DNA of 64,000 nucleotides from Octopus sinensis (Eukaryota): NCBI RefSeq assembly GCF_006345805.1, contig NC_043020.1, positions 15,500,001 to 15,564,000 of the forward strand, read 5' to 3'. Shown piece by piece: positions 1 to 11,580 of this stretch (position 1 is its first letter; each line of letters starts with the position of its first letter). The notes under the pieces were generated by a model. It saw only the letters and a program-made list of their open reading frames with translations, ran no database searches and was not told where the DNA came from. The position numbers and the translations under genes were made by a program.

Positions 1-3
1 GGT

Positions 4-237
4 GATTATAATCAAAGTAAGCAACAAGAATATCTTCGGTAATTTAGTACGATCGTTTCATACTACATCATTTTATTAAACATTGTAAGTATTTCATCAG
101 TTTTAACATGTTGAGCAATCTTCAGCCATTCATAGAGGTAAAACTGATGTAATACTTACAATGTTTAATAAAATGATGTAGCATGAAACGATCGTAACAA
201 ATTACCGAAGATATTCTTGTAGCTTACTTTGATTATC
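4..237. mobile_element. Penelope-like inverted-repeat relic with a hammerhead-like motif
   Basis: Arms about 4-100 and 134-237; - strand CTGAAGA (125-119)...GAAA-CGATCG-TA (59-48). Confidence 0.5.
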
Positions 238-605
238 TATATCTATATATTTATATTTGTCTGTCTGTCTGTCTGTCTCTTAGTCTGCCTATCTGCTTGT
301 CTGTTTGCCTGTCCATCTAACTACCTATCTGTTTGTTTCCCTGTCGGTCTCCCCATCTATCTATCCGTTTCCCACCCTGTCTGTCTCTTTGTTTATCTCC
401 CAATCTATTTCTATATCTACCACTTACCTTATATATTCCTTTGAAATATTAAAACTCATCCCTGGGTCAGGAACGTGCTGTTGGCTGCTGCTTGATTAAA
501 CAAGGTAGTGCAATGCATATCCGTACTAAAGTTATAAATTTCAATTATTGCTTACCGTAAATCTTTTAATGAAAATTTATACAAATCCCTTCCAAACCGC
601 ACACT

Positions 606-809
606 CTTTACCCTTTACTCTCTTACTTGTTTCAGTCATTTGACTGCGGCCATGCTGGAGCACCGCCTATACTCGACCCCGGGACTTATTCTTTTTGTAA
701 GCCCAGTACTTATTCTATCGGTCACTTTTTGTCGAACCGCTAAGTGACGGGGACGTAAACACACCAGCATTGGTTGTCAAGCAATGCTAGGGGAACAAAC
801 ACAGACACA

Positions 810-877
<68 letters not shown>

Positions 878-1040
878 TATACGACAGGCTTCTTTCAGTT
901 TCCGCCTACCAAATCCACTCACAAGGCATTGGTCGGCCCGGGGCTATAGCAGAAGACACTTGCCCAAGATGCCACGCAGTAGGACTGAACCCGGAACCTT
1001 GTGGTTGGTTAGCAAGCTACTTACCACACAGCCACTCCTG
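606..1040 (-). mobile_element. SINE family A (tRNA-like head, internal CA/TA microsatellite, GAGTAAAA tail), representative copy
   Basis: Head AGGAGTGGCTGTGTGG...GGTTCAGTCCC; further copies at about 5174-5660, 19968-20368, 24118-24330, 38425-38900, 39003-39403, 48394-48817, 52008-52778, 61090-61522 (-) and 21987-24113, 24390-24845, 40476-40905, 50687-51105, 54772-55152 (+). Confidence 0.85.
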
Positions 1041-1584
1041 ACATAGGTTACGATTATAAAGAAATTTGTTTGGAAAAGTTTTTTCGGGGATTTCCCCCAT
1101 TTTTTTTAAAGCACAGTCTTCGAAATGATGGGGTTGGGTGGGAGGCATCTTTGTATGAAAAAAGTCTTCTAATAGTAATTACCCAACTTTCTAGGCTCTT
1201 CTCACAGCTAAATGTTTAAAATCATACGTGTATTTTCCAAAATTTTCATTCAATAAATAATGTTTTTACATTACGTATACATTAATAGCGAATTAAAACT
1301 TAAAAGAGAAAGTGAAAGAGTTTTGCAAATGAAATTGGAATACACCGCAGTGAATGCAATGAATATTTAAAGTTATGATGAATTGGACGCAGTGAATATT
1401 TAAATTTGCGAGAAATTGGAGTTAAAAAATTCTATAAACTTGAGAAATCCAAATTATAGGAAACTTCATAGAAAATGAATTTATAAAGATATTTCCAAAC
1501 GGTCAACTCTTTAATTATTGCTTTCTTTTAGTAATTATAGTAATTGTTATATACCTAATTAATAAGCAGCTTTCTCCATTTTAG

Positions 1585-2014
1585 TATGTATGTATGTATG
1601 TATGTATGTATGTATGTATGTATGTATGTATGTATATATGTATGTATGTATGTATGTATGTGTGTGTATGTATGTATGTATGTATGTATGTATGTATGTA
1701 TGTATGTATGTATTTACGTATGTATGTATGTATTTGTGTGTGTGTGTATGTATGTATGTATGTATGTATGTATGTATGTATGTAGTGTGTGTATGTATGT
1801 ATGTGTGTATGTATGTATGTATGCATGTATGTATTTATGTATGTATGTATGTATGTATGTATGTGTGTGTGTATGTATGTATGTATGTATGTATGTATGT
1901 ATTTACGTATGTATGTATGTATGTATGTATGTATGTATGTGTTGTGTGTGTGTATGTATGTATGTATTTACGTATGTATGTATGTATGTATGTATGTATG
2001 TATGTATGTATGTA

Positions 2015-2047
<33 letters not shown>

Positions 2048-2104
2048 ATGTATGTATGTATGTATGTATGTATGTATGTATGTATGTATGCATGAATGTA
2101 TGTA
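1585..2104. repeat. (TATG)n microsatellite
   Basis: Seen directly. Confidence 0.95.
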
Positions 2105-2181
2105 TACACACCCACTCTCTGTCTGTCTGTCTTTTTCACACGCATATATATATATATATATATTAATATGTTTTTCTCTAG

Positions 2182-2306
2182 AGAAGGCGATGAAGTCACG
2201 GCTACCGTTATATACGATTTTCTTGACATACATTCTCCAAAAGCGATTGCAAGAATATCGGAATATGCTATACATCCTGAATTCAATATAAATAATTCAT
2301 CAGTAT
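2182..2306 (+). CDS. S1 serine protease, internal exon (EGDEVTATVIYDFLDIHSPKAIARISEYAIHPEFNINNSSV)
   Basis: ttctctAG acceptor, GTAAGT donor at 2307; IHPEFN motif typical before the catalytic Asp; phase 2 to phase 1 joins the next exon in frame (V-L-NDIA). Confidence 0.85.
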
Positions 2307-2440
2307 GTAAGTTACGCATGTATATCTCTGTCTATCTCTCTGCCTCTCTCTCTCTCTCCCTCCCACATCTGTTTTCTAACCCGATTTCTACACTTACACA
2401 GGTTCACGCATAGAAATATATACAATTACACACACACACA

Positions 2441-2522
<82 letters not shown>

Positions 2523-2523
<1 letters not shown>

Positions 2524-2951
2524 GATCTTTTCGGTTTGAACGTCAGTTTTTAAAAAATAATTTCCACGTAACTAAACACTTTTAAACTTCGTATACTGGT
2601 AGAATGTGTTTATAAAACATCTTTTTCTCTTGGCTTTATTGAGAAAATCTATAGTTTGTGTAGATATTTGTTGTTTTTTTTTTCTTCAATTTCTGCAATT
2701 TCAACCAATCAATGACGTCTATTGAGGTGAAAACATTCTGTGCCATATGAATATGTCCCTCATTTAAGAAACAGATTGGGTTTATTTACATTTGTGAAGA
2801 AAAAAAGGTACCCTTCCCTCACCCCTAGCTATAACTAACCCTAACCTTAAAACAGATTGAAATGCAATAGATCGATACTAGGGTCATAGTTATGGGTGAG
2901 AATTTCATATGACACCGCTAGAAAAAACTGCCGTTCAAACAGAAAAGATCC
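2523..2951. mobile_element. About 425-bp MITE, family GGATCTTTTCGG
   Basis: About 28-bp TIR GGATCTTTTCGGTTTGAACGGCAGTTTT; opposite orientation to the 14493 copy. Confidence 0.85.
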
Positions 2952-3168
2952 ATGTTTGGTTAGTTTCGGGTCGTCAATCTACTTTTCTCTTGCTCTCTAA
3001 GCTTAATAACCACTCTACTCCATTCATAAGAAGAAAAAAACAATAGTTAAGTTCGTGTTAACATATTTAATGTGACGAACATTAAAAAACTAATAAAAAA
3101 TAATTATGAGAATCTGAAATAATTATACGACACGAAAGTAACAATTCAAAATTTGTTTTTACTTTAAG

Positions 3169-3300
3169 TGAACGACATAGCAGTTATAACTCTGAAAAAG
3201 GCGATAAAATTTAGCGATTGTGTAAAACCGATCCGACTGGCATCTTCCAATGAAGAGTTTATTGGTGATTGTAAGGCGGCTGGATGGGGCAAGACTAACG
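3169..3300 (+). CDS. S1 serine protease exon with catalytic Asp (LNDIAVITLKKAIKFSDCVKPIRLASSNEEFIGDCKAAGWGKTNG)
   Basis: NDIA, CVKPIxL and CxAAGWG motifs; ttaAG acceptor, GTAAGT donor; below the ORF-track threshold, translated by hand. Confidence 0.95.
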
Positions 3301-3469
3301 GTAAGTGATGCTGATGATACTCAGCTAAAGTTTTCCAATAATCCCTCGACTATCACGTGTGTTACATTCCGAACGGCCCCACCCGCGATAGGTGAAAATC
3401 CGCGAAGTAGAAACAGTACTGTACTGTATATATATATATTTTATTATTTTTGTAAATTGTATATATTTA

Positions 3470-3851
3470 TCTCTCTATATATAAACGGCAGTTTGTCTGT
3501 CTGCGTGTCTGTGTGTCTGTTAGGTTGTACCCTCACCCTGACCACGGCTTTCAACCGATTCTGATGAAACTTGACACACCCATAGCCCAATGTCATAATT
3601 CAAAACTAACGCAGCGAAAATTTTGAAAAGTTCCCCCAGTTCTGAAAAAACTCGATAAATTCGACATGGGGTCGAGATTCAGAAACACAAACCACAGACT
3701 GTCAAGGGGACGCAACTCGACCTTTTTAAATCTAAAAAAAATTTACCATAATTTTTTTTCCATTTTTTGCTATTTTTTGGCTATAACTCTCTAAAAATGC
3801 TTTATAGTTATTTCCCTTACAAACCCGAGCAACGCCGGGCGATACTGCTAG
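3470..3851 (+). mobile_element. Non-autonomous Helitron-like element
   Basis: A|TC...CCCGagcaacgcCGGG hairpin...CTAG|T. Confidence 0.75.
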
Positions 3852-4329
3852 TTCTGTTATAAATGCAAAACAACACCACGGGAGAATCGACGTGAGCTTA
3901 AATAATAAACCGCGATAGGTGAACCGCGATATGGCGAGCGATTACTCGTAATATTGAAATTTACTTCTCTCATAATAAGAACAACACGATTTTCTTTGAA
4001 TCTGAAAACGAAATAAAGAAATTGTATTGTCCATGATTTACTTTCAGTACGAGTTCACTGAGCATATGTGCGTATGTATGTGTATGTATATATATGTTAT
4101 ATGTATATATGTGCAGATGATATGTGTGTGTATATGTTATAATATATATATATAAATGTACATATATAAAAAAATATATACATATATATACATATATATA
4201 TTATATATATATCTATATATATATATATATATAAAATAAATATTAAAATATTATATCAGAAGGAGCTTCTACAGGACTAGAACTGTTTCTTCAAGAGAAA
4301 TCTCAGGAAATCAACCCGGGACCTACATA

Positions 4330-4419
<90 letters not shown>

Positions 4420-4570
4420 ATATATATATATATATAAATATTGAAGGAGAAGATAAATTAATATTAATTTTAATATCAATTTAAAACCAGTAGTCCAGCA
4501 TTCAAAAAATCTGAGGAGGAGTCAGAGAAAATTCAATATATGTGTATATTGGCAGGGACGGCCTGCTAGG

Positions 4571-5112
4571 TAGCCGGCCGAATGCTAGAAGAAGATCATC
4601 AACGATCAATCTACAAGGGAAATTCTCTAGAGGAAGAATTCAGCGAACACCAGAACCAAATTTGGCGGGCAGGACATATGAAAGTTTAAATAAAAAACAG
4701 ACTTAAATGCATACCTCGGTTTCGGTCTTTAACAAAAGAATTACTTGCATAATTCACTGCAGCCCTTCGCTTCAGGAAGTTCTTAGCGCGCCAGAACCAA
4801 GACATTTGAAATTTTATTCCCGATGTAATCAGTAAAACTAAGCACGTGTCTGTCTTGACACAGAGAGCTGGGGTTAGTTTTTCAGTTTGCATCTCGACGA
4901 CCGAATGTACTGATGAAGTCACGGACATTTGAATTATGCAAGTAATTCTTTTGTTAAAGACCGAAACCGAGGTATGCATTTAAGTCTGTTTTTTATTTAA
5001 ACTTTCATATGTCCTGCCCGCCAAATTTGGTTCTGGTGTTCGCTGAATTCTTCCTCTAGAGAATTTCCCTTGTAAATTGATCGTTGATGATCTTCTTCTA
5101 GCATTCGGCCGG

Positions 5113-5115
<3 letters not shown>
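4571..5115. mobile_element. Penelope-like tail-to-tail inverted repeat (about 186-bp arms)
   Basis: 4571-4756 is a near-perfect reverse complement of 4930-5115; hammerhead overlaps the right arm. Confidence 0.65.
4905..4979 (+). ncRNA. Type I minimal hammerhead ribozyme (Penelope-like element type)
   Basis: atgta-CTGATGA-a-gtc...gac-c-GAAA-Ccga gG-TA-tgcat; 5-bp stem I (one G-U); stem II includes gaatta/taattc. Confidence 0.7.
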
Positions 5116-5151
<36 letters not shown>

Positions 5152-5676
5152 CATACAGATATTATACATATGTTCTTTTACTCTTTTACTTGTTTCAGTC
5201 ATTTGACTGCGGCCATGCTGGAGCACCGCCTTTAGTCGAGCAAATCGACCCCAGGACTTATTCTTTGTAAGCCTAGTACTTATTCTATCGGTCTCTTTTG
5301 CCGAACCGTTAAGTTACGGGGACGTAAACACACCAGCATCGGTTGTCAAACGATGTTGGGGGTGACAAACACAGACACACAAACATATACACACGCACAT
5401 ACATACATACATACATACACACATACATACATACACACATACATACATACATGCATACATACATACATACATCCATACATACATACACACATACATACGA
5501 CGGACGTCTTTCAGTTTCCGTCTACCAAATCCACTCACAAGGATTTGGTCGGCCCGAGGCTATAGTAGAAGACACTTGCCCAAGGTGCCACGCAGTGGGA
5601 CTGAACCCGGAACCATGTGGCTCGTAAGCAAGCTACTTACCACACAGCCACTCCTACGCCTATATCCATTGATAAA

Positions 5677-5905
5677 GGCGGCGAGCTGGCAGAAACGTTA
5701 GCACGCTGGGCGAAATGCGTAGCTGTATTTCGTCTGTCGTCACATTCCGAGTTCAAATTCCGCCGAGGTCGACTTTGCCTTTCATCCTTTCGGGGTCGAT
5801 AAATTAAGTACCAGTTACACACTGGGGTCGACATAATCGACTTAATCCGTTTGTCTGTCCTTGTTTGTCCCGTCTGTGTTTAGCCCCTTGTGGGTAGTAA
5901 AGAAA
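5677..5905 (+). mobile_element. SINE family C (GGCGGCGAGCTGGCAG head, GAGTTCAAATTCC B box), representative copy
   Basis: At least 15 copies or fragments, e.g. 5925-6130, 6860-7025, 7370-7940, 12470-12620, 14916-15440, 15855-16025, 18035-18255, 27215-27640, 55345-55570, 58265-58475, 60290-60480. Confidence 0.85.
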
Positions 5906-6369
5906 TATATATCCATTGATATCGGTTTCAAATTTTCGCACAAGGCCAGAAATTTCAGGGGCGAGTGATAAATCGATTACATCGACTCCCAGTATTCAAC
6001 GGGTACTTGTTTTATCGACCCCGGAAGGATGAAAGGAAAAGTCGACCTCAGCGGAATTTGAAATCAGAACGTAAAGACGGACGAAATGCCGCTAATCTTT
6101 TTCTCCGGCATGCAAATGAGTCTGTCAGCATGCCACCTTAAATATTCATTGATATTTAGATTGAAAACATCGACCTTGCTCGTAAAAGATTCCAGACCTG
6201 GATTTGAACCACGCTAAGCAAATTTTGCTTCCGCACTTAGTGCAACAAAAATATTCAAACCTCAAGAAATTAATGAACAGTAAATTTAATTGATTTTGTG
6301 TGTATTTGGCTCTTTCGTTTTTGCTAAATTTGAAGAGTTTAACCAGCATTGATTTATTCTTGTCTGTAG

Positions 6370-6515
6370 GTATACAAAGTTCCAGCTCAGATAAGCTACT
6401 TTTTGTTGACATCCCATTGGTTGACGAGGAGAGCTGCAATGAAAACGGTGCAAATGTTAACGAACAACATATCTGTGCTGGGGAAATGAAGGCCATGGGG
6501 AAAACTACATGTCAG
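6370..6515 (+). CDS. S1 serine protease exon (GIQSSSSDKLLFVDIPLVDEESCNENGANVNEQHICAGEMKAMGKTTCQ)
   Basis: L..V.IPLV...C, ICAG and CQ motifs; gtAG acceptor, GTATGG donor, phase 1 to 0. Confidence 0.95.
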
Positions 6516-7031
6516 GTATGGTCTTTGCTTATATCACATGTATATACATGTATAAATACATACAGTTAGAGATAGATAGATAGATAGATAGATGGATAAA
6601 TTGATAGAGATATATAGATATAGATATATAAAGATTAAGATGTCGGAATTATGATTGTCAAGTCATAGGTTCGATTCTTGAACGGGGCGACGCGCTGTGT
6701 CTAACGTTAGTTGTGCCTTCTCGGCCGTAAATCAGCACCTTTCTCTCCATTCAGTTGTAATTTTGGCGACGATCGCCGAGTCAAAAATGGTAGGACTGAG
6801 AAGGAGTATATGTCTGTTTTGCAAACGAGAGAGGCACCAAAAACAACCAGCGAAAGCCTGATACGGATTAAGTCGATTATATCGACCCCAGTGCGTAACT
6901 TGTACTTATTTAATCGACCACGAAAGGATCAAAGGTAAAGTCGACCTCGGCGGAATTTGAACTCAGAATATAGCGACAGACGAAATACTGCTAAGCATTT
7001 CGCCCGGCCTGCTAACGATTCTGCCACCTCA

Positions 7032-7071
<40 letters not shown>

Positions 7072-8081
7072 GAGTAATATGTACAGCACAATTACATCTT
7101 TGCACCACTCAGGCGACAGCTCTCCAACCAATGGGTCTGTTTGGTGTGGTCGTTGCCGGTTACGTTTTTACAAGGTCTGTGTGCAATTCCTACCCCAGCC
7201 AGAGGAAACTTTGGGTCTATTCTTTGACATGCTGGTACCCACTCAGCACAAAAGCAACTTGAAATGAAATGCTTTGCTCAAGAACACATCACGCCGCTGG
7301 TCCAGGAAACGATCTGGTGATTGTGAGCGCAATACCCTAACCACTAGGCCCACACGCCTTCCCAATTATACTGGTCTCAAATTCTTGCACAAGGCCAGCA
7401 AGTTTGGGGGAGGGGTAAGTCTGTTACATCGACCCCAGTGTCCAACTGGTACTTATTTTATCGACTCTGAAAGGATGAAAGGTGAAGTCCACCTCGGTGG
7501 AATTTGAACCGAGAAAGTAAAGACGGACGAAATGCCGCTCAGTATCCCAACCGGTGTGCTAAAAGGGGCTACACACAGAGAGGACAAACAAACGGATTAA
7601 GTCGATTATATCGACTCCAGTGCGTAACTGGTACTTATTTAATCGACCCTGAAAGGATGAAAGGCAAAGACGACCTCGGCGGAATTTGAACTCGGAACAT
7701 AGCCGCAGACGAAATACCTATTTCTTTACTACACACAAGGGGCTAAACACAGAGAGGACAAACAAGGACAGACAAATGGATTAAGTCGATTATATCGGCA
7801 CCAGTGCGTAACTGGTACTTATTTAATCGACTCCGAAAGGATGAAAGGCAAAGTCGACCTCGGCGGAATTTGAACTCAGAACATAGCGACAGACGAAATA
7901 CTGCTAAGCATTTCGCCCGGCCTGCTAACGATTCTGCCACCTCACCTTCGCAGTTTGCATTCGTAGTAATAATGATGGTAGTACAATGAGACGTACTATT
8001 TCAGAGTGCAGAATTTCTTTTGATTTCGAATTTAATTCAATCTTTATATATAACAATGTATTTCTTAAATCTTTTTTCTAG

Positions 8082-8237
8082 GGAGACTCTGGTGGACCGT
8101 TGGCTTGTACCAGTGCCGACGATGGTGAAACTGTTTTGGCAGGTATTACTTCCTATGGTTGGGAATGTACAAATGGATTGTCAGTCTTTACCAGAGTTTC
8201 TTATTTCAAGGAATGGATCGAAAATGAACTCAACTGA
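8082..8237 (+). CDS. S1 serine protease terminal exon with catalytic Ser (GDSGGPLACTSADDGETVLAGITSYGWECTNGLSVFTRVSYFKEWIENELN*)
   Basis: GDSGGP active-site motif, GITSYG, FTRVS..WI; ttttctAG acceptor; TGA at 8235-8237. Confidence 0.97.
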   Translation, partial: GDSGGPLACTSADDGETVLAGITSYGWECTNGLSVFTRVSYFKEWIENELN

Positions 8238-8280
8238 ATATCCAAGAGACGATTCAGAAACATCGATGTCTTTAGATGGG

Positions 8281-8286
8281 AATAAA
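8281..8286 (+). promoter_or_regulatory. Probable polyadenylation signal of the protease gene
   Basis: AATAAA 44 nt after the stop codon. Confidence 0.6.
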
Positions 8287-8739
8287 TGATTTATTGTTTC
8301 ATCAGTGTTATGCATTTTCTATCCTGTGCTTAGGTGATGAAATATGCACCAGTAAGCATTTTTTTTTACTTGCTCAGTCTGGAGGAAGTAGCGATGTTCA
8401 TAGCATTCACGAGTCCTCCAAAACGAGTAAAACTGATTGTTCTGAACTGTCAATTACAATTTTAATGGGCTTTGAGCGCTGAGCTCAAACCGAGTCTCAT
8501 TGTGGATGTCGTCGTTTAATCTCCAGATCAACTCCGTTCGAGCAGACGTAGGAGATCAAAGTCTTTCTAGACGTTACTGCAACCCTCAATGCTACTTTTT
8601 TTCAGGGCCATGTTTAGGAAGGAGGACCTGTGGTTGGAGAGACGTTGCTTGAAAGTGTTCCTGGAACATCCAATGTATCTCCGTCGGCATATGTTATCGG
8701 TGTTACATATGCTGGTGTTACTGTTGTTGTTGCTGCTTT

Positions 8740-9085
8740 GTTTGTTTGTTGAGCGAAGCGGTCTTCGTCCCTTGGGAGAAGTCCGAAACGTTGGTCCTTT
8801 GCTATTCGTAAGACCCGCAGATGCAGGTCAACTCCCGACGGATGGATGAATGCGCATCCAGGCTCAGCGGTTGCGTAGGAAGTCGGGGACAAGAAACAGG
8901 AAGAAAGAGTGAGAGAAAGTTGGAGCGAAAGAGTACAACAGGGGTCGCCACCACCCCTGCCGGAGCCTCGTGGAGCTTTAGGTGTTTTCACTCAATAAAC
9001 ACACACAACGCCCGGTCTGGGAATCGAAACTGCGATCCTCCGACCGCGAGTCCGCTGCCCTAACCACTGGGCCATTGCGCCTCCT
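8740..9085 (-). mobile_element. SINE family B (GTGGAGGCGCAATGGCCCAGTGG tRNA head), tail type 1
   Basis: A/B boxes; the same tail at 13430-13816 and 18450-18793; other tails at 26851-27150, 41735-42098, 45304-45562. Confidence 0.85.
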
Positions 9086-9934
9086 CTGTTGTTGCTGTTG
9101 CCGCCGATATTGTTGGTGTTGTTGGAGCTGGGACTGCTGGTGATGGCGTCGCTAGACGTGGTGGTGGCGTCGGTAATAGTATCGCCACTGCCGGTTATGA
9201 TGAAGGTACTGTTGTTATTGTTGTGGTCCTGGTCATTAGTGGCAGAGCCGCCATTGCTGCTAGAGGTGTCATTAGCTGTGGTTCCGCTGGTGTTTCTGCT
9301 ATCAGTAGTAAAGAATCTTGGGTTCTGTAATTCTATTCTACTTACTTATTTTCGACTGAATATATTTTTGTTTACTTAAAAATTGGAATTTTGGAAAATA
9401 AGTTTTTTCACAACCGCAATTTCCGCTTTTGTCTACGAGAAATTATTAAAAAAAATTCAAGAGATTTGACTGTTATTTCTAGCATGTGGAGAGACTTTCT
9501 AAGCTTAACTTCCCGCGCTGGTTGAGAGCCACCTAAAAATGAATTCTGGGGTCGATACATTCAACTAAAAATTCTTCCAGATGGTGCCCCAGCATGGCCA
9601 CAATCTAATCATTTAACAAGTACACTTCCACTATATGAGTTTTGTCCGCTTTTACACTTTCACTATGAGGGGTTTGTCATACACTCGTGTGTTATACGCA
9701 GTATAAATATTTAGTTCCTACGTTGGTCTCACCTTTTTGGTTATGCGTCCAAATGCGCTTGGAACATCCAACGCTAAGTAACAAAATTAAATCCTGCAAT
9801 GGTGAGATGCACATAGGAACAAAATATTTATAGCGGTGTTTATCTTCATTTTCCACAATAAATGCTCTGAATAACATAATTAGTAACACTGTTAAGTACA
9901 GTGTCAGACTAATCACTCTACTGTAAGCTTATTC

Positions 9935-10170
9935 ATCATCATCATCATTCATCATCATCATATCATCGTCGTTTAACGTCCACTTTTCCATGCTAGCATG
10001 AGTTGGACGGTTCGACCGGGGATCTGGGAAGCCAGAAGGCTGCACCAGGCTCCAGTCTGATCGGGCAGTGTTTCTACAGCTGGATGCCCTTCCTGACGCC
10101 AACCACTCCGTGAATGTAGTAGGTGTTTTTTATGTGCCACCGGCACAGGTGCCAGGCGAGGCTGGCAACA
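9935..10170 (-). mobile_element. SINE/LINE-tail family D ((GAT)n tail, GGCGTTAGGAAGGGCATCCAGCTGTAGAAA core), representative copy
   Basis: Copies at about 16810-17045, 33420-33630, 42310-42935, 53000-53370, 55620-55825, 60530-60790, 61540-61700. Confidence 0.8.
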
Positions 10171-10261
10171 GCCTGGATAATGATAATCTACGTCAAGCTC
10201 CAACTCATACAGTAGTAGTCAAACATATAACTGTTCACACAAGATATGTATTATATTAATA

Positions 10262-10583
10262 CTAACTGACCCTGTGCCGTCAATAATGACGGCTAATTGT
10301 AGTATTTTATATATAAATGAGGTACAAAATAAGGTACATAATAATCACTCATACAAACATTCACATACTTCGCTTGTACACGCACACACATACACACATA
10401 TACTCACAGATAGATGAAACACTGATTTTTTTCACCACTTCCTTCCTTATTGATCAATCACTCATTCCTTTCCCTCATTGCTATTACTTTCTCTCACTCT
10501 CTCTCAGTCAGGGCCATTACTCTCACTACTTCTCTTTCACTGAATTACAATTTTCTCTCCTCCTCCGCGTTCGGCGTGATTCT

Positions 10584-10638
<55 letters not shown>

Positions 10639-10728
10639 AACACACACACACACAAACACACACACACAAACACACACCACACACGTACAAATATATAAAA
10701 ACTCTACGCTCCTTATTATATTAGGGGA
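10262..10728 (-). mobile_element. Non-autonomous Helitron-like element
   Basis: A|TC start, CCGTCA-ttat-TGACGG hairpin, TTAG|T end (one mismatch to CTAG). Confidence 0.55.
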
Positions 10729-11019
10729 TTATATTATATTATTACATAAATAGAATTATTATTGTTGTTGTTGTTTGTTCCTTCTCGAGCCATGTTTGAC
10801 TCATAAGGGCCAGTTTCTCGGTTTCATTGGCGTATAAGTTCCCCACCTGGACGGGATCCCGGTCCGTCGCAGGTGAGCTGTTAGATGCAGGAGGAATTAT
10901 ATCATTTAACTGAACGCCACGTATCCATTTCCAAGTTTATCTTAATCTTTTTGATGCGATTCTATACTGTTTTCTTCCCAAATCCTTCTCTAATTCCCTT
11001 TTCTCCCCTTCACCGTTTT

Positions 11020-11230
11020 CTCTCTTTCTCTCTCTCCCTCCCTCTTTCACTTTTTCTCTCTCTCGTTGCTCACACGTAACCATCGTCCATCTTTCTGTTC
11101 CTCACGACGTTCTAAGGACTGGATTTTCTTTCTCTCTCTCTCCCTCTTTCACTTTTTCTCTCTCGTTGCTCACACGTAACCATCGTCCATCTTTCTGTTC
11201 CTCACGACGTTCTAAGGACTGGATTTTTTT

Positions 11231-11262
<32 letters not shown>

Positions 11263-11580
11263 CCTCTTTCACTTTCTCTCTCTCTCGTTGCTCACACGTA
11301 GCCATCGTCCATCTTTCTGTTCCTCACGACGTTCTAAGGACTGGATTTTTCTTTCTCTCTCTCCTCCCTCTTTCACTTTTTCTCTCTCTCGTTGCTCACA
11401 CGTAGCCATCGTCCATCTTTCTGTTCCTCACGACATTCTAAGGACTGGATTTTTCTTTCTCTCTCTCTCTCTCTCTCCCCCTTTCACTTTTTCTCTCTCT
11501 CGTTGCTCACACGTAACCATCGTCCATCTTTCTGTTCCTCACGACGTTCTAAGGACTGGATTTTTTTTCTCTCTCTCTCC
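11020..11580. repeat. Five tandem copies of a 100-120-bp unit with variable CT tracts
   Basis: CGTTGCTCACACG...GACGTTCTAAGGACTGGATTTT recurs five times. Confidence 0.9.

Noticed and set aside
1581-2291. Long ORFs (MYVC..., HTYI..., YYYY..., poly-L/I, RERE...) here and at 26502, 28220, 31815, 37007, 43339, 46579, 58983
   Set aside because: Translations of stop-poor microsatellites; no coding signal
4255-4320. Hammerhead-like CTGAGA...GAAAC...GTC on the - strand
   Set aside because: Core is one base short and stem I does not pair
9085-9310. GC-richer 96-aa ORF and triplet-like stretches (also 13820-14030, 18795-18940, 52790-52900)
   Set aside because: Degenerate GTT/GAT/GGT repeats beside SINE ends; no splice or homology support
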